NCBI RefSeq assembly: GCF_037042905.1
Contig: NC_087256.1
Span: 9,982,001 to 10,046,000 of the forward strand
Length of the DNA: 64,000 bases
Source: Lytechinus pictus
Lineage: Eukaryota
Direction of reading: 5' to 3'
Made by a program: the position numbers and the translations under genes. This document shows, piece by piece, positions 24,551-37,381 of the stretch (the first letter of the stretch is position 1; every line of letters begins with the position of its first letter). Under the pieces are notes generated by a model that made no database searches, was not told where the DNA came from, and worked only from the letters and a program-made list of their open reading frames with translations.

Positions 24551-26989
24551 ATTATATTTCTGTTTCTTACAACTATGGAAAATTTGCTCGCTTTATTCGC
24601 TCGTTCTTGTTTGGAAACTAACTGTAATCCAGTAGTTTACGTCACAACAAATCCATTACAATATAACCATCATTGTGATAGTCCGTCAAGTGAAAGATGG
24701 CAGTATTATGCACACAGTTACATACCCCATAATATACCCCTGCACATAGGCCGTGATCTGATCACTAACATGAAAGAGGTTTTAGCAACATTCTTTCTTC
24801 CACCTACTGGAAATTTGCTCGCTCGCTATGCTCATTCGCAATATCCAAAAATCACACCTCAAGAAAGACGGTTTTGGTCATCAATGTCTTCAAACTACTG
24901 AAAATTTGCTCGCTCGCTTTGCTCGTTTGCATTTGGATATTAACTCTGGTTCAGTAGTTTATAACACAACAAATTCATTATAATAGCCATTAAAAAATCC
25001 TTAGAGGCCTGAAAGATAAAAGGATGAAGTAAACGGCTATATACCCCCGTATACATAGCCTTAGGTGTGGGGTACGTGTCCCCCAATTTTTAATTTTCAG
25101 GTCAATATATCGCTTTCACCCCCCCCCCCAATGCTTGGACCGGATTTACACTCTTAAAATGTTGGGCAACATAATTGTCCACACAACAATTGGTTAAAGA
25201 AATTATCCAACTCTGGGTAGTTTTCACCCAAAGCACACATTATTGGTTTAAAACTACCCCGAGGATTGGATAAAGTTTTAGCCAATAATTGTTGTGTGGA
25301 CAGTATGTGACCCAACATTTTTATGTAACTAGATAATTACTAGTACCGCGAACGCCAAGCGCGAGCAGTAATTTCTAATTAATGTTCTGGCCTGATCTAA
25401 AAGGAACCTATCTGTTTGCAGTTACCGATGAAGACGATACATATTTCGAGCTGAATTTTTTTTACATTCCGACTTAAAAAGAAATTTTCATTCTAAGCAC
25501 TTTTTGTAATCAAGAAATTGATAGGTATGTAACTAAACAATTGATGAGAGCGCGAAGCGCGAGCGGAAGAAAATTGAGATTTTAGACCTAAAACGGACAC
25601 TCTCTTCATGTTTTGTAAATCATGAATAGGATGGGTAATTGGGTATCTTCCTACATTAATAATGCGAGCGTGAAGCGCGAGCAGAAAACTATTAATATTC
25701 TGATCTGAAAACTGGATATTCTAAGCACGTTTTAAATAAAGAACAAGCTGCCCATATCAATAAACATGCGTGCGCCTGTTTTAGATTTAGACCTAAAATC
25801 TGGGCATTCTGTATATACATTTTTTAAATCATGAAGATAAATAATGCCAGCTCGAAGCGCGAGCTAAAACATTTATATATCGATCTGAAAAAGGGTCGAT
25901 TTAAGCACTATTTCAAGCACTATGTAGGAAAATTGTAAACTGGATGTGGATCACACTTAATTAATGATGCGAGCGCGAAGCCCGAGCTGATTTTTTTTAA
26001 TTATTATTTTGACCTAGGACCGGGACATTCTAAGGATATTTTGTCATCATATTAAAATGATGACTATCTTCCTATTATTTCTAAGCGCGAGATGAAACTT
26101 GTCGATATTCCATTCTGAAAAGGGCCAATTTAGTTATTAGGAAATCATGAAAATGTTATTTTCTTATTTATTAATCTAATTTGCTTAGTGAGAGCATGGA
26201 ATGTTTGTTGATATTAAGGCTTGAAACTGGACATTTTAAGCAATTTGTAATTATGAATAGGACGCATGTTGCGCAAATTGCGAGCCGAATTTTTTTCATA
26301 AACTGTAATGAAAAGGGGATTTTAAGTAGCTTGTTATGGAATTAATATATAGGTATACATAACTCACCAATAAAAATGCGAGCGCGCAGCGCTATTTGAT
26401 AGGCATTGACAATCACATCTGGATAGGGATATTTTGAAAACTTAATGGAATACAAAAGAACTTGGAACTTGGAAAGAACTAGGAACACTTGGCAAATCAA
26501 ATAATGCGACCGCGCAGCGTGAGCTGAAATGTTGATATTATAAAACGGACATTTTACAGAGCACTTTGAAAATTAACTTGTAAATAAAAAAATATAATGA
26601 AAGCTCGATGTCCGAGCTGAAATATGTTTGTATATTGACTTCAATACTTGATATTTTAATCTCCATATCAGCCTATTGAGCAAGATATGAATCTCATCAC
26701 ACAGGCGATGCGAGCGCGAAGCGCGAGCAAAAATGTTATATAGGGACATGAAAGATTTTTCGCAAGTCTTCCCCTCACCTTATTTTATTGACTCGTCTTC
26801 CTCCTCTAATTTTCATCTTCTTTTTTTTTCTTTTATCTTTCCCCTTCTTTTTTTCTTTCTTTCTCCCCTTTTTGGTTTTGCTCCGCCAATTTCTTTTAGG
26901 GGGAGGGGGCACGTGCCCACCCCCCGGGAGCTACGCCCCTGGGTCGATAGAGTGAATAAAATATAATCTTATCTTATAAACAAAAAGGG

Positions 26990-27517
26990 ATAGAACCCCA
27001 CTCTAATGCAAGAAATATTTGAGTATCTTTTGACTCATAACTGACTATGGAAACACATATTACCAATGTGCGTAAATCATCATTGCATTATGATATACAA
27101 CCTTAGACGCATACGAAAATACTTTGACGATGAAAGCATGAAAATAATTGTCCATGCATGATTAGTAAGCTAGATTATTTAATTGTAACAGTTTGCTGTA
27201 TGGGCTCCCCTTGTCTCAAATCGGGCGTCTTCAGCGAGTACAGAACACATCATGTGCACGGCTGATTTGTAGTCAACCTAGATTTTCAAGGATCACCCCT
27301 TTCTTAAAAGATTTGCACTGTCTTTCAGAAGTTCACCAAAGAATATCTTTCAAGATTTTGTTAATTGTATATAAGGCACTAAGTGGCCAAGCCCCCAGCT
27401 CGTAATACAAAAGACTTTGGGAGATCGTGCATTCGCCTGCGCAGTCCCAAAACTATAGAATAGCTTGTCATTATTTTGTAATTAGATCCTCTCCATCAGT
27501 AGAAACGTTCAAACTTA
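26990..27517 (+). pseudogene. Degenerate L2/CR1-group LINE 3' fragment, continuing at 30180-30300
   Basis: LDYxNSLLYGLP..QIGRLQRVQN..ARL...ITPFLKDLH..RISFKIL motifs; SVETFK|RLKT joins across the inserted MITE pair. Confidence 0.8.
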
Positions 27518-28814
27518 AGCCCCAGTCACATATAGACACGGATCCTCACGGATCAACACGGCAACGCCGGCATGATCCGGGGAGGTCCGGGATCGTTTTG
27601 CCCCGGATTAAGCGTTGATGACTGTAAACACGGCATCTACACGGCATCTTCACACGGATCTACACGGACCATGCCGGCAGAGCACGTCGTCAACACGGAC
27701 CTACACGTCAGCAACACGGACCTACACGTCAGCAACACGGACCAACACGTCAGCTACACGGACCAACACGTCAGCAACACGGATCAACCCGTCAGCTACA
27801 AGGACCAACACGTCAGCAACACGGACCTACACGTCATCACCAACACGGACCAACACGTCAGCTACACGGACCAACACGTCAGCTCAAGGACCAACACGGC
27901 AGCTATATTGACCAGCACGGCAAATGAAAATCTGTTCATAATAATGAGCTGATATTTATTTATTTTTTCTCATCCTTGTCGCAACATTATATTATGTTGT
28001 TTTTAAAAAAGATATCAAAACTTAAAACTTCCTTAACCAGTAAAAACGCTGTTTTTTATACAACGCAGTTTACTGTTTTAACAGTAGTTGTTAAGTACTT
28101 TAAATATTGAACGACAAATTTAATTTCGATTTGATTTGATATCACTTTATTTAAATCACAGTAAAGGAAAAAAATTTACAAAGCCAATAGAAAACATAAT
28201 AAAAATTAAGATAGTCCCAGGTCATGACGCATAACTGTCGATGCAGGGCAGTGGTATAAAACTTAATGTACAATTTTGATGTAACAGGTACATAACATTC
28301 ATTTTAAGAAAATGAAATGTGAAATAGTAATAACAGACAAAGTTGGGGTGAATATTTAAAAAAAAAGAGAAAAAGAATTATTGATACATGCACTAAGTTT
28401 ACAAATATTAGGTTGCGGCCAATCTCCAAAGCGTAAGAAAATATCCTGAATCGTTAAATCATCCATTTAATCATAAATAAATTAACTCCTGAAAAGTTCA
28501 TAAAGTAAATAGCGTTGTAAATATTTGATGGGAAAAAAGAACACGGACTGCCAAGGATACTCCAGGCAGCCACACGGCAGCTACACGGACCTACACGGCA
28601 GCCACACGGACCTACACGGCAGCCACACGGACCTACACGGACCATCCCGGATGGCTTTGCCAACCCGGCAGTCCACGGATGACGCCGGATATTTTTGACA
28701 GTCAAAAACTGCCGTGTTGGCCTCCCGGACGTTCAAGGACCAACACGGACCACCCCGGACCTCCAAGGATGCCCAAGGCGCCAACACGGATCTCTCCCCG
28801 GACCACCCCGGGCT
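27518..28814 (+). mobile_element. Harbinger-like MITE, copy 1 (right TIR partly deleted)
   Basis: TTA|AGCCCCAGTCACATATAGA ... CCCCGGGCT|TTA; subterminal ACACGG arrays including 21-bp repeats at ~27690-27900. Confidence 0.85.
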
Positions 28815-28817
28815 TTA

Positions 28818-30176
28818 AGCCCCAGTCACATATAGAGCCCGGACCACCCCGGACCATCCCGGATCTGATCCGGGGTGGTCCGGGGAGAGATCCGTGTTGG
28901 CGCCTTGGGCATCCTTGGAGGTCCGGGGTGGTCCGTGTTGGTCCTTGAACGTCCGGGAGGCCAACACGGCAGTTTTTGACTGTCAAAAACATCCGGCGTC
29001 ATCCGTGGACTGCCGGGTTGGCAAAGCCATCCGGGATGGTCCGTGTAGGTCCGTGTGGCTGCCGTGTAGGTCCGTGTAGCTGCCGTGTAGGTCCATGTGA
29101 CTGCCTGGAGTATCCTTGGCAGTCCGTGTTCTTTTTTCCCATCAAATCTTTACAACGCTATTTAATTTATGAACTTTTCAGGAGTTGTTAAACAGTTGAC
29201 ACAAACTTGCTTAATTTATTTATGATTAAATGGATGATTTAACGATTCAGGATATTTTCTTACGCTTTGGAGATTGGCCCCAACCTAATATTTGTAAACT
29301 TAGTGCATGTATCAATAATTTTTTATTATTTTTTTATTTACCCCAACTTTGTCTGTTATTACTATTTCACATTTCATTTTCTTAAAATAAATGTTATGTA
29401 CCTGTTACATCAAAATTGTACATTAAGTTTTATACCACTGCCCTGCATCGACAGTTATGCGTCATGACCTGGGCCTATCTTAATTTTTATTATGTTTTCT
29501 ATTGACTTTGTAAATTTTTTTCCTTTACTGTGATTTCAATAAAGTGATATCAAATCAAATCGAAATTAAATTTGTCGTTTAATATTTAAAGTACTTAACT
29601 ACTGTTAAAACAGTAAACTGCGTTGTATAAAAAACAGCGTTTTTACTGGTTAAGGAAGTTTTAAGTTTTGATATCTTTTTTTAAAAACAACATAATATAA
29701 TGTTGCGACAAGGATGAGAAAAAATAAATAAATATCAGCTCATTATTATGAGCAGATTTTCATTTGCCGTGCTGGTCAATATAGCTGCCGTGTTGGTCCT
29801 TGGGCTGACGTGTTGGTCCGTGTAGCTGACGTGTTGGTCCGTGTAGCTGACGTGTTGGTCCGTGTTGGTGACGTGTTGGTCCGTGTTGGTCCTTGTAGCT
29901 GACGGGTTGGTCCGTGTTGCTGACGTGTTGATCCGTGTAGCTGACGTGTTGGTCCGTGTTGCTGACGTATAGGTCCGTGTTGCTGACGTGTAGGTCCGTG
30001 TTGACGACGTGCTCTGCCGGCATGGTCCGTGTAGATCCGTGTAAAGATGCCGTGTAAATGCCGTGTTTACAGTCATCAACGTTCAATCCGGGGCAAAACG
30101 ATCCCGGACCTCCCCGGATCATGCCGGCGTTGCCGTGTTGATCCGTGAGGATCCGTGTCTATATGTGACTGGGGCT
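28818..30176 (-). mobile_element. Harbinger-like MITE, copy 2, inverted relative to copy 1
   Basis: TTA|AGCCCCAGTCACATATAGA ... TCTATATGTGACTGGGGCT|TTA; both 19-bp TIRs intact. Confidence 0.9.
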
Positions 30177-31089
30177 TTAGACTAAAAACATTTTCCATTA
30201 AATCTTATACTTTCTTTTTCCTCAATGTTTAAATTCGTTTTTCAAGCAATAAGCTCTTAATTACAGCGCAGAAGAATATTATATGCATAGTTTGTGCGCT
30301 NNNNNNNNNNNNNNNNNNNNNNNNNNNNNNNNNNNNNNNNNNNNNNNNNNNNNNNNNNNNNNNNNNNNNNNNNNNNNNNNNNNNNNNNNNNNNNNNNNNN
30401 NNNNNNNNNNNNNNNNNNNNNNNNNNNNNNNNNNNNNNNNNNNNNNNNNNNNNNNNNNNNNNNNNNNNNNNNNNNNNNNNNNNNNNNNNNNNNNNNNNNN
30501 NNNNNNNNNNNNNNNNNNNNNNNNNNNNNNNNNNNNNNNNNNNNNNNNNNNNNNNNNNNNNNNNNNNNNNNNNNNNNNNNNNNNNNNNNNNNNNNNNNCG
30601 ACTTATACCGAAGGCAGACATATCCCAAACACTTGTTTGTAATTTTTAACTGAGGATGAGTAGCCTATGTATCTCACTTTAAAAGTAATGAAAACTAGAA
30701 TCGCTGGCCAATAATTTGTGCATGATATCATTGATTTGTAGCATCATACTCTTATCCTCTTGAGCCGATTATTATCTCACTCCGAGAGATTTTTTTTATA
30801 ATGACCGGAAAAAGTTTTCAGTTCACCTGGCTTCTTCTGTTTTTCTTTTCGACCCTTTTTTTATGGGGGGGGGGGGGGGGGGCGACAATAATATATAAGG
30901 AAGGGGCCGCCTGTATGCATTGGCATGTGTCCCGAGCCTGTGATAGCAAATACATCTAGGCATATTTGCTGCCTCCGTCTACTTCGATACATTAATATAA
31001 ACTGCATCTCTTTAACTGCATGGAACGCTCCACTGGTAGTTAAATACTTCCCGGATGAAATGGTTTTGGAAAGATTGGAGAGTGGATAT

Positions 31090-31600
31090 AATTATGTAAT
31101 AATAATCCGTTTTTATATAGCGCTTAATACATCGGACCGACGTGTCTAAGCGCATTACAGATATATTATTACCCCGGTCATCGGATTCAATCAGTCATTC
31201 CTGCACACAATGTATGCACAAACTCCACTCCCTGGGGAGAATTCCAGTCAGTCGCCGGTGAGGCGCACACAGTACTGGGGCCCGTTTCATAAAGAGTTAC
31301 AACTGTTGTAACTTTGCCATTATGGAAACTACCATGGCAACAGGGCTCAGCAGCCAATCAAAATCAAGGTTATCATGGTAGTTGCCATAATGGCAAAGTT
31401 ACAACAGTTTCAACCCTTTAGGAAACAGGCCACAGGACAAGCTACAATGTCTTTCACATCTTACCGGGTACCCATTTAGCACCTGGGTCGAGAGGGGCAA
31501 AGTGTGGATTAACGCCTTGCCAAAGAACGCCAGACCGCGGTGGGATTCGAACACACGACCCTCTGTAAAAGCGAGAGTCAGAACCACTACATCACGACTC
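31090..31600 (-). mobile_element. tRNA-derived SINE interrupted by a small MITE (~31277-31432)
   Basis: Minus-strand head GTCGTGATGTAGTGGTT...GTTCGAATCCC; core TCGACCCAGGTGCTAAATGGGTACCC; (ATT)n tail. Related remnant at ~9520-9750. Confidence 0.75.
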
Positions 31601-31714
31601 CTCCACCCACTGTACACTGTAATGGGCATTACGCGTATTTGGAAAAACACAGCTCACTGCGCTTGGTCGTATTTCGGAAGCCAACAATAATTGGAACTGC
31701 ATAATCGTTATAAG

Positions 31715-33204
31715 CACTGGCGTAAATCCCGGGGGGGGGGGGATGGGGGGGATATACCCCCCCCACTTTTCGAGGAGGGGGGGGGTGGCCTGTACAAACA
31801 TCCCCCCACTTTTTACGAAAAAAATGAAGAAAAAAAATCACAAGAGATAATTGTTTTATTGGTGAAAATTCTTCCTAAAATACCGCTTAACAAATAAAAC
31901 AATATTATTAAATCATAAAATGCAAATAAAGAGCCATTTCACCATTTCCAAACGAAATACTTATGTCCTTATTATAACATTGAAGAGAAACCCCTGTTTC
32001 TTCCAATTCATCAATGTTGGGGTCTTTGGAAAGGAATTAAGATGGAATGTCAAATTTTTTTAAATGTAATCTCTAATAAAACCATTAAACCATCATGGGG
32101 TAAAAAAATATAATAATATTGGAGGGGTATTCGCCATATGGACATACAGTGGCGTAACTACGGGGGGCATGGGGGGCACATCCCCCCCCCATCGGCTGAC
32201 AAAAAAACGGGGAAAGGGGGGAAAAGGAGAAAAAAGGGAGAAAGGAAGAGAAACGTAGTGGGAAAGAAAAAAATATTATTCATTATAATGTTATATTTTA
32301 TTATAATTATGTTATGTTACATTACAACTTTATGAAACATAATTTGCCCAGGGCCTACGTCTTTTTTTATTGTTCCTGGTGCTCGCATTGTCTGTTTAAC
32401 GAGAAATATAATCCTGTAACATCCCGTTTTCAAGTTAATATAAACCAAATATATTTCCTAGCACTTGAGTTATCATTGTTTTATGTAGTGACATATGCTT
32501 CTTTTTCATGACTCAAAAGTGATTGCCCCATGTTAAGGTCTTCGTATATATGAAACATTTCCTGTCCGTGATTACGTTCACATTAGTGGATTGGTGAGAT
32601 ATGTCTGCTCTTCATGAATTCCTAAAATCGGTCCTTAAAATGTCCCTTCTTCTGATCTGAATATCAAAAATTTTCAGCTCGCGCTTCACGCTCGCGGCTC
32701 GCATCATTTGGTTAATGAAATACGTATTGTCCTAGTTAATTCCTACAAAGAAACCTTAGAATGCCCCACTTCAGGTCTGAATTATCTAAGTTTTCAGCTC
32801 GCGCTTCGCGCTCGCATTGTTTAGCGAGACAGGTACCTATCATGATTACACAAATTTGATTATATTGTCCCTTTTTAGGTGTGAATATAAAAAAAATTCA
32901 GCTCGCGCTTCGCGCTCGCATTATTTGATCAGTGAGATACACATCCGTTTAATGACATTGTCTTTAAAATGTCTCTATTAGGTCAGTATAACTGGCAACT
33001 TAGCGCGCTTCGCGAGCTCACTAGCGCACTCACTTAGTGATTCAAAAATTTTGCTGGTGCCCCCCCTCCTCAATGCCGTGACCCACGGTACGCCACTGTG
33101 GACATATCAATGACAATTCCTTGCATATCTAAAAACATGATTGCAAAAAATGCCAAAATATTTCAGTCATCAACCCCACCCATCAACACGGATTTACGCC
33201 AGTG
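31715..33204. mobile_element. Non-autonomous hAT element (outer)
   Basis: CACTGGCGTAAATCC ... GGATTTACGCCAGTG with perfect 8-bp TSD GTTATAAG. Confidence 0.92.
32147..33098. mobile_element. Non-autonomous hAT element nested in the previous one
   Basis: CAGTGGCGTA ... TACGCCACTG with perfect 8-bp TSD TGGACATA. Confidence 0.92.
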
Positions 33205-33499
33205 GTTATAAGCGTACTATAATTCACATTAGAAGTAATCGCAAAATCCCTTACCTCCTCCAAAATGAATGGGTCTTCTCCTTTTAGTGAAGGGGCCTTT
33301 ACAGCAGTAGCCTATACTCTAGGCGGAGGAAGCACTATCTTTGCTGTGACGCCAAGAAAGCGATGTGTCTGATGCGGCGAGACTACCAGTTTGTGTGTTA
33401 TTCTATTGAGGAAAACAACTCGCCCTTAGGTTGCGTATAGTCTTACCGCATCAGACGTATTGGTTAATATAGGCCTTTGTTTCATTTAACCATGTTAAC

Positions 33500-34150
33500 A
33501 ATTTCAATTCAATTCAATTCAATTCAATTTATTTTCATTCTTCAACATAATACAAATAATTACATGATAAATCAATTCAATTAAAAATAAAAGCATGAAC
33601 AAAGTTCAACATTGAATAAATAATATACATATTCAATAAGTGATTCAAATATATTTAAATCAATATAATCAATATAATTAAATATAATTAAATCAATATA
33701 ATCATATATCATGAGAAGAATGGAGGGGTCCACTGAAAAGCAAAGCTTGTAAAATGTGAACCCCTCAAAAGGTTAGGATAGAAAAAATATTGAAATATAT
33801 GTAAAGGAATACATGAAGATAACGAAAGGGGCAAAAAAATCTTATATACAGGATTGTGAAATTCAGAGACAAAAGACAATAACACGACACAACACAACAC
33901 AACACAGGACGGTACATGAGGGTGGACAATAGTACGATGACAACTGCCTAGAATATAGAAAGAAAAATAGAGATAGGGAGAGGGATGCAAAGCTAATCTG
34001 CTGCATATATATTATGTCTACACATACATATACATCATGTACATATATATACACACACACATATATATATATACATACATATACACACATACACACGCAC
34101 CCTTACACACACACATACATACGGACATACACACATACACATATACAATA
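33500..34150. repeat. Simple repeats: (TTCAA)n, (ACAAC)n, (CA/TA)n
   Basis: Visible at ~33503-33530, ~33882-33906 and ~34020-34150. Confidence 0.9.
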
Positions 34151-34829
34151 CAAAAAGTAGAATATGTATGTCTAATTGGAAAAAAATATGTCATGTTCTG
34201 TATAAACATAGATAACAGACTAGCAATAAGGCAAAATTTTAGTTTAGAATAATAAACATAATTCATTAAGACTTTAGGAGCATCGGCAAAGAAAAATAGA
34301 CAAAGACAAAAAGATAATTAGCTGCAGACTCCGCTTAATCCAAGTGAACAACAAATGAACAGCACATTTTGCGTCTATACTTTACTTATCACGGTAAAGT
34401 AACACGCAGGCACAAACACACGCATACACACCTTCCCTCACACACAGTCTCTTACGCACACACACCCTCCCTTTACTTGTTCATAACATTTTATGGAATG
34501 TTAAAAGTGCCACCCAGATCCAGATTATCATCTCGTTATGTCTACCTCTCGGATCAGATGACGAGATCTCGCATCTCGTCGTGTCTGCACCCTGTTAACA
34601 CAATGATCATCTATTTTTACAGGATGTAGACATGAGGAGGTCTTATGCTAATCATCTATCCCAAAGGGTATAGACAAGGCGAGATCCAAGAAAAGTAATT
34701 ATTTTGACGATCTCTTCTACAGGATGTATATAGACATGATGAGATCTAAGATCGTGTCATCTAATGATTTTTTTTTCAAAGGAAAGTGGACATGACAAGA
34801 GCCCAGAGATGGTTATCTGAACATCAGTA

Positions 34830-36517
34830 TCGGCCGCACAGAAACGCTGTTAGCTTAACACTGCGCTAACAAAGGGCCCTGTTACAACCGGTAATCTCGT
34901 CGCGATGGCTATAATGCATTATTTAGATCTGGGATCAACGCTTGACACCACAATCTGTATAGTATTATCCATTAACAAATCAGCTCCTAACACATGGGTA
35001 GAATTACCGCACAGAAGGCACAGAAAGCTGTTGTTAGGGGATTAGAGTTAGGCAAAATCTATAATTTGTGCGTAGTGATCTAGATTTAACTTAGATTTAG
35101 TTATGATTATTTGCACATCCTACAATTTTAAAATCTTGTCTAGGAAAGGGTAAAGGAATGTAATTCATTATCATATAGGCCTACAAAATGATTTATTATT
35201 ACAGTTTAAACATGAAATGGCAGCAGGTAGTAAATATATATTTACTAATTTAATTTAAAAAATATCGAATAAGCTTCAAAAAGAAAGAAAAGATATTACG
35301 ATGGAGATTCTGTAAAAAAAAAATGCAATCCCACTTTTCATCGGTTTCTTTTGTTTGAAAATGCTCTTCACAGACTTCACTCATCATGCTCATGATAGAG
35401 TATTTGCCAATGATGGTTATCATGCGATAAATTTCATCAGCTTTTGTTCTTTCTAATGTAGGGTCTATTCATAAAAATGTCTTCAAACACCTTAATAAAT
35501 GATATATCTTGGAAGAAAAAGAAAATCTTTGAAATCTTGGCACTAATCAACATCCCCCGCTATATACCTATTCCTAAAGGGGTATATACTCCAGGCTGAA
35601 GAAAATAATACGGTTTGCAGAGTAAAGTGAGAGAAACAAAACACTGACAAATTGATAAAAATTGGAAATGAATACACAAAATTATGGTATTTTAAAATTT
35701 TGTATTAGGCCCTATTTCGGTGAAATATATATTTATGTCTTCAGGAATATGCAATGAGGGTCTGTTGTATCATACAAAATTAGGTTTATTTAAATTTTGT
35801 CCACCCAGAATATTGCTTCAAAGATCATCATTTTGTTACTCGGGCGACATACACACATTTGAGACAATTACGAGTTCAATTCAATGAAATCAAAATAAGG
35901 GGAAAGAGCTAGAGGATATGGCATCATCGTTCCATTTATTGCATATTCATGGCCACATGCTGGGAATGAGAATGAATGAGAATTTGAGAATCTCCAAAAC
36001 AGTGGAGGGATCACCTAAGAGAGAGAGCTGCTCAGTAATATCATTTGCAAAATACAGTGTTTAATTTTTGATATTAAAGAATTTTGTTATTTTTATCAGA
36101 GTTTGATGAAATTTTTAGCAATTTGCTCATCTAATTTTACTCAATTTATTCATATATTGTTGTGTGGGCCAAGAATACCCCTTTAATTCGATCGAGGTAT
36201 ATTTTAAATTACTTGGTATAAGAAAGGGAGACAAGTTTTAAAGAGAGAAATTATTCACTAACATCGTCACTATTGGTGACCTTGGCACTGTTAGTGATTT
36301 GTATTAATATTAGCGCCACTGTTAGATTCTGCTAAGCCTTTTATTGTTAGATTATTAGGAATTCGGCTAAGCTTCTGTGAGTTTATCAATACCGGTAGGC
36401 CTACTTTTAGTGCTCTGTTAGTGAAAACAATGCGTCAAGGCGGTGGTCACCCGTGAAGGTGTGACTGGCCCTAATGTTAGCGTTCTGTTACGCTAACAAC
36501 GCTTCTGTGCGGTCGCC
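34830..36517. mobile_element. Old TIR element containing a degraded TTAA-type MITE (~35578-36182)
   Basis: GGCCGCACAGAAACGCTGTTAGCTTAACA / TGTTACGCTAACAACGCTTCTGTGCGGTC inverted ends; inner AGGGGTAT...ATACCCCT|TTAA. Confidence 0.55.
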
Positions 36518-36852
36518 ACAGCAGGATGGTACTCTCTAGAAACACAAAGGCGAAAATGGTGGAAAAGGCCGAGGAGTGATAGTGGTTTACGCCCTTATTA
36601 AGAACGTTGTAACTCCCTGGTCCTTCAGATGATTTGTTCCTTTATTAATATATCCTTTCATTTTATAGTGTACCAATATGACTAAAACATTTCTATATAT
36701 TATTTTAATTTGGGATAATAGAGCACTGTTGATAACATGCCCTCCCGTAGAACACTAAGTTGCCGTGACCGTGAATTGTACCCCGGACTTTCACGTTATT
36801 AGTCAGGCGCACCTTTGACCAATATTAGGTCACGGTACCTCGACAACCATCA

Positions 36853-37112
36853 CCCACACACACACTCCTCCCTACCATAGGGCTACCTCGCCCTCTCTCT
36901 CCCTCACACACACCCACCCACCCATCCACACATCCTCACATATTCCCTCTATATAGTACAACCAGACACACAACCACACGGTCCACTTTATAATATGCCT
37001 CACACATACACGCACACACACATACCCCACACACGCAAACGCATATTATAAAACACCCGCACATTAGCACCGGCATCACACACACCCGCTCACACACTCA
37101 CGATTGACACAC
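36853..37112. repeat. CA-rich low-complexity tract
   Basis: Degenerate (CA)n and CACC runs. Confidence 0.8.
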
Positions 37113-37200
37113 CCAATCCTTACTCCCATTAGCTCTATCAGTTTCTTCATCCTTTCACACCTCACCATGTCCTAGGAGATCCATGGCGCATAGCCTTTTT

Positions 37201-37381
37201 GGTGACACGACATTTGCTCCTGCGACAATTTCTCTGGGCTTAATTTCGTCTAAGATGTAGGTTTAGTGTTGCAATAGGATTTTATTTTAGGTTTAGGGTA
37301 TGGTATAGTGTTAAACCCATGGTTGAAGTTGGTCATTCGATTACTGTGTGGAAATTAGAGCGGAGCAAATGTCATGGAACC
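37201..37381. mobile_element. Small MITE
   Basis: GACATTTGCTCC ... GGAGCAAATGTC inverted ends with internal TTAGG-like units. Confidence 0.65.

Larger units (their letters stand above)
20930..26941. mobile_element. Nested cluster of non-autonomous DNA transposons (hAT-like ends, GCGAGCGCGAAGCGCGAGC repeats)
   Basis: Terminus-like motifs at 20931, 21030, 21309, 25141 and GAGCTACGCCCCTG at 26928-26941; about a dozen palindromic repeats at 25345-26730. Internal boundaries not resolved. Confidence 0.55.

Noticed and set aside
27427-30122. Thr/Arg/His-rich repetitive ORFs (e.g. 27572..27952, 29735..30079)
   Set aside because: Translations of 21-bp subterminal repeats of the MITE pair, mirrored on both strands.
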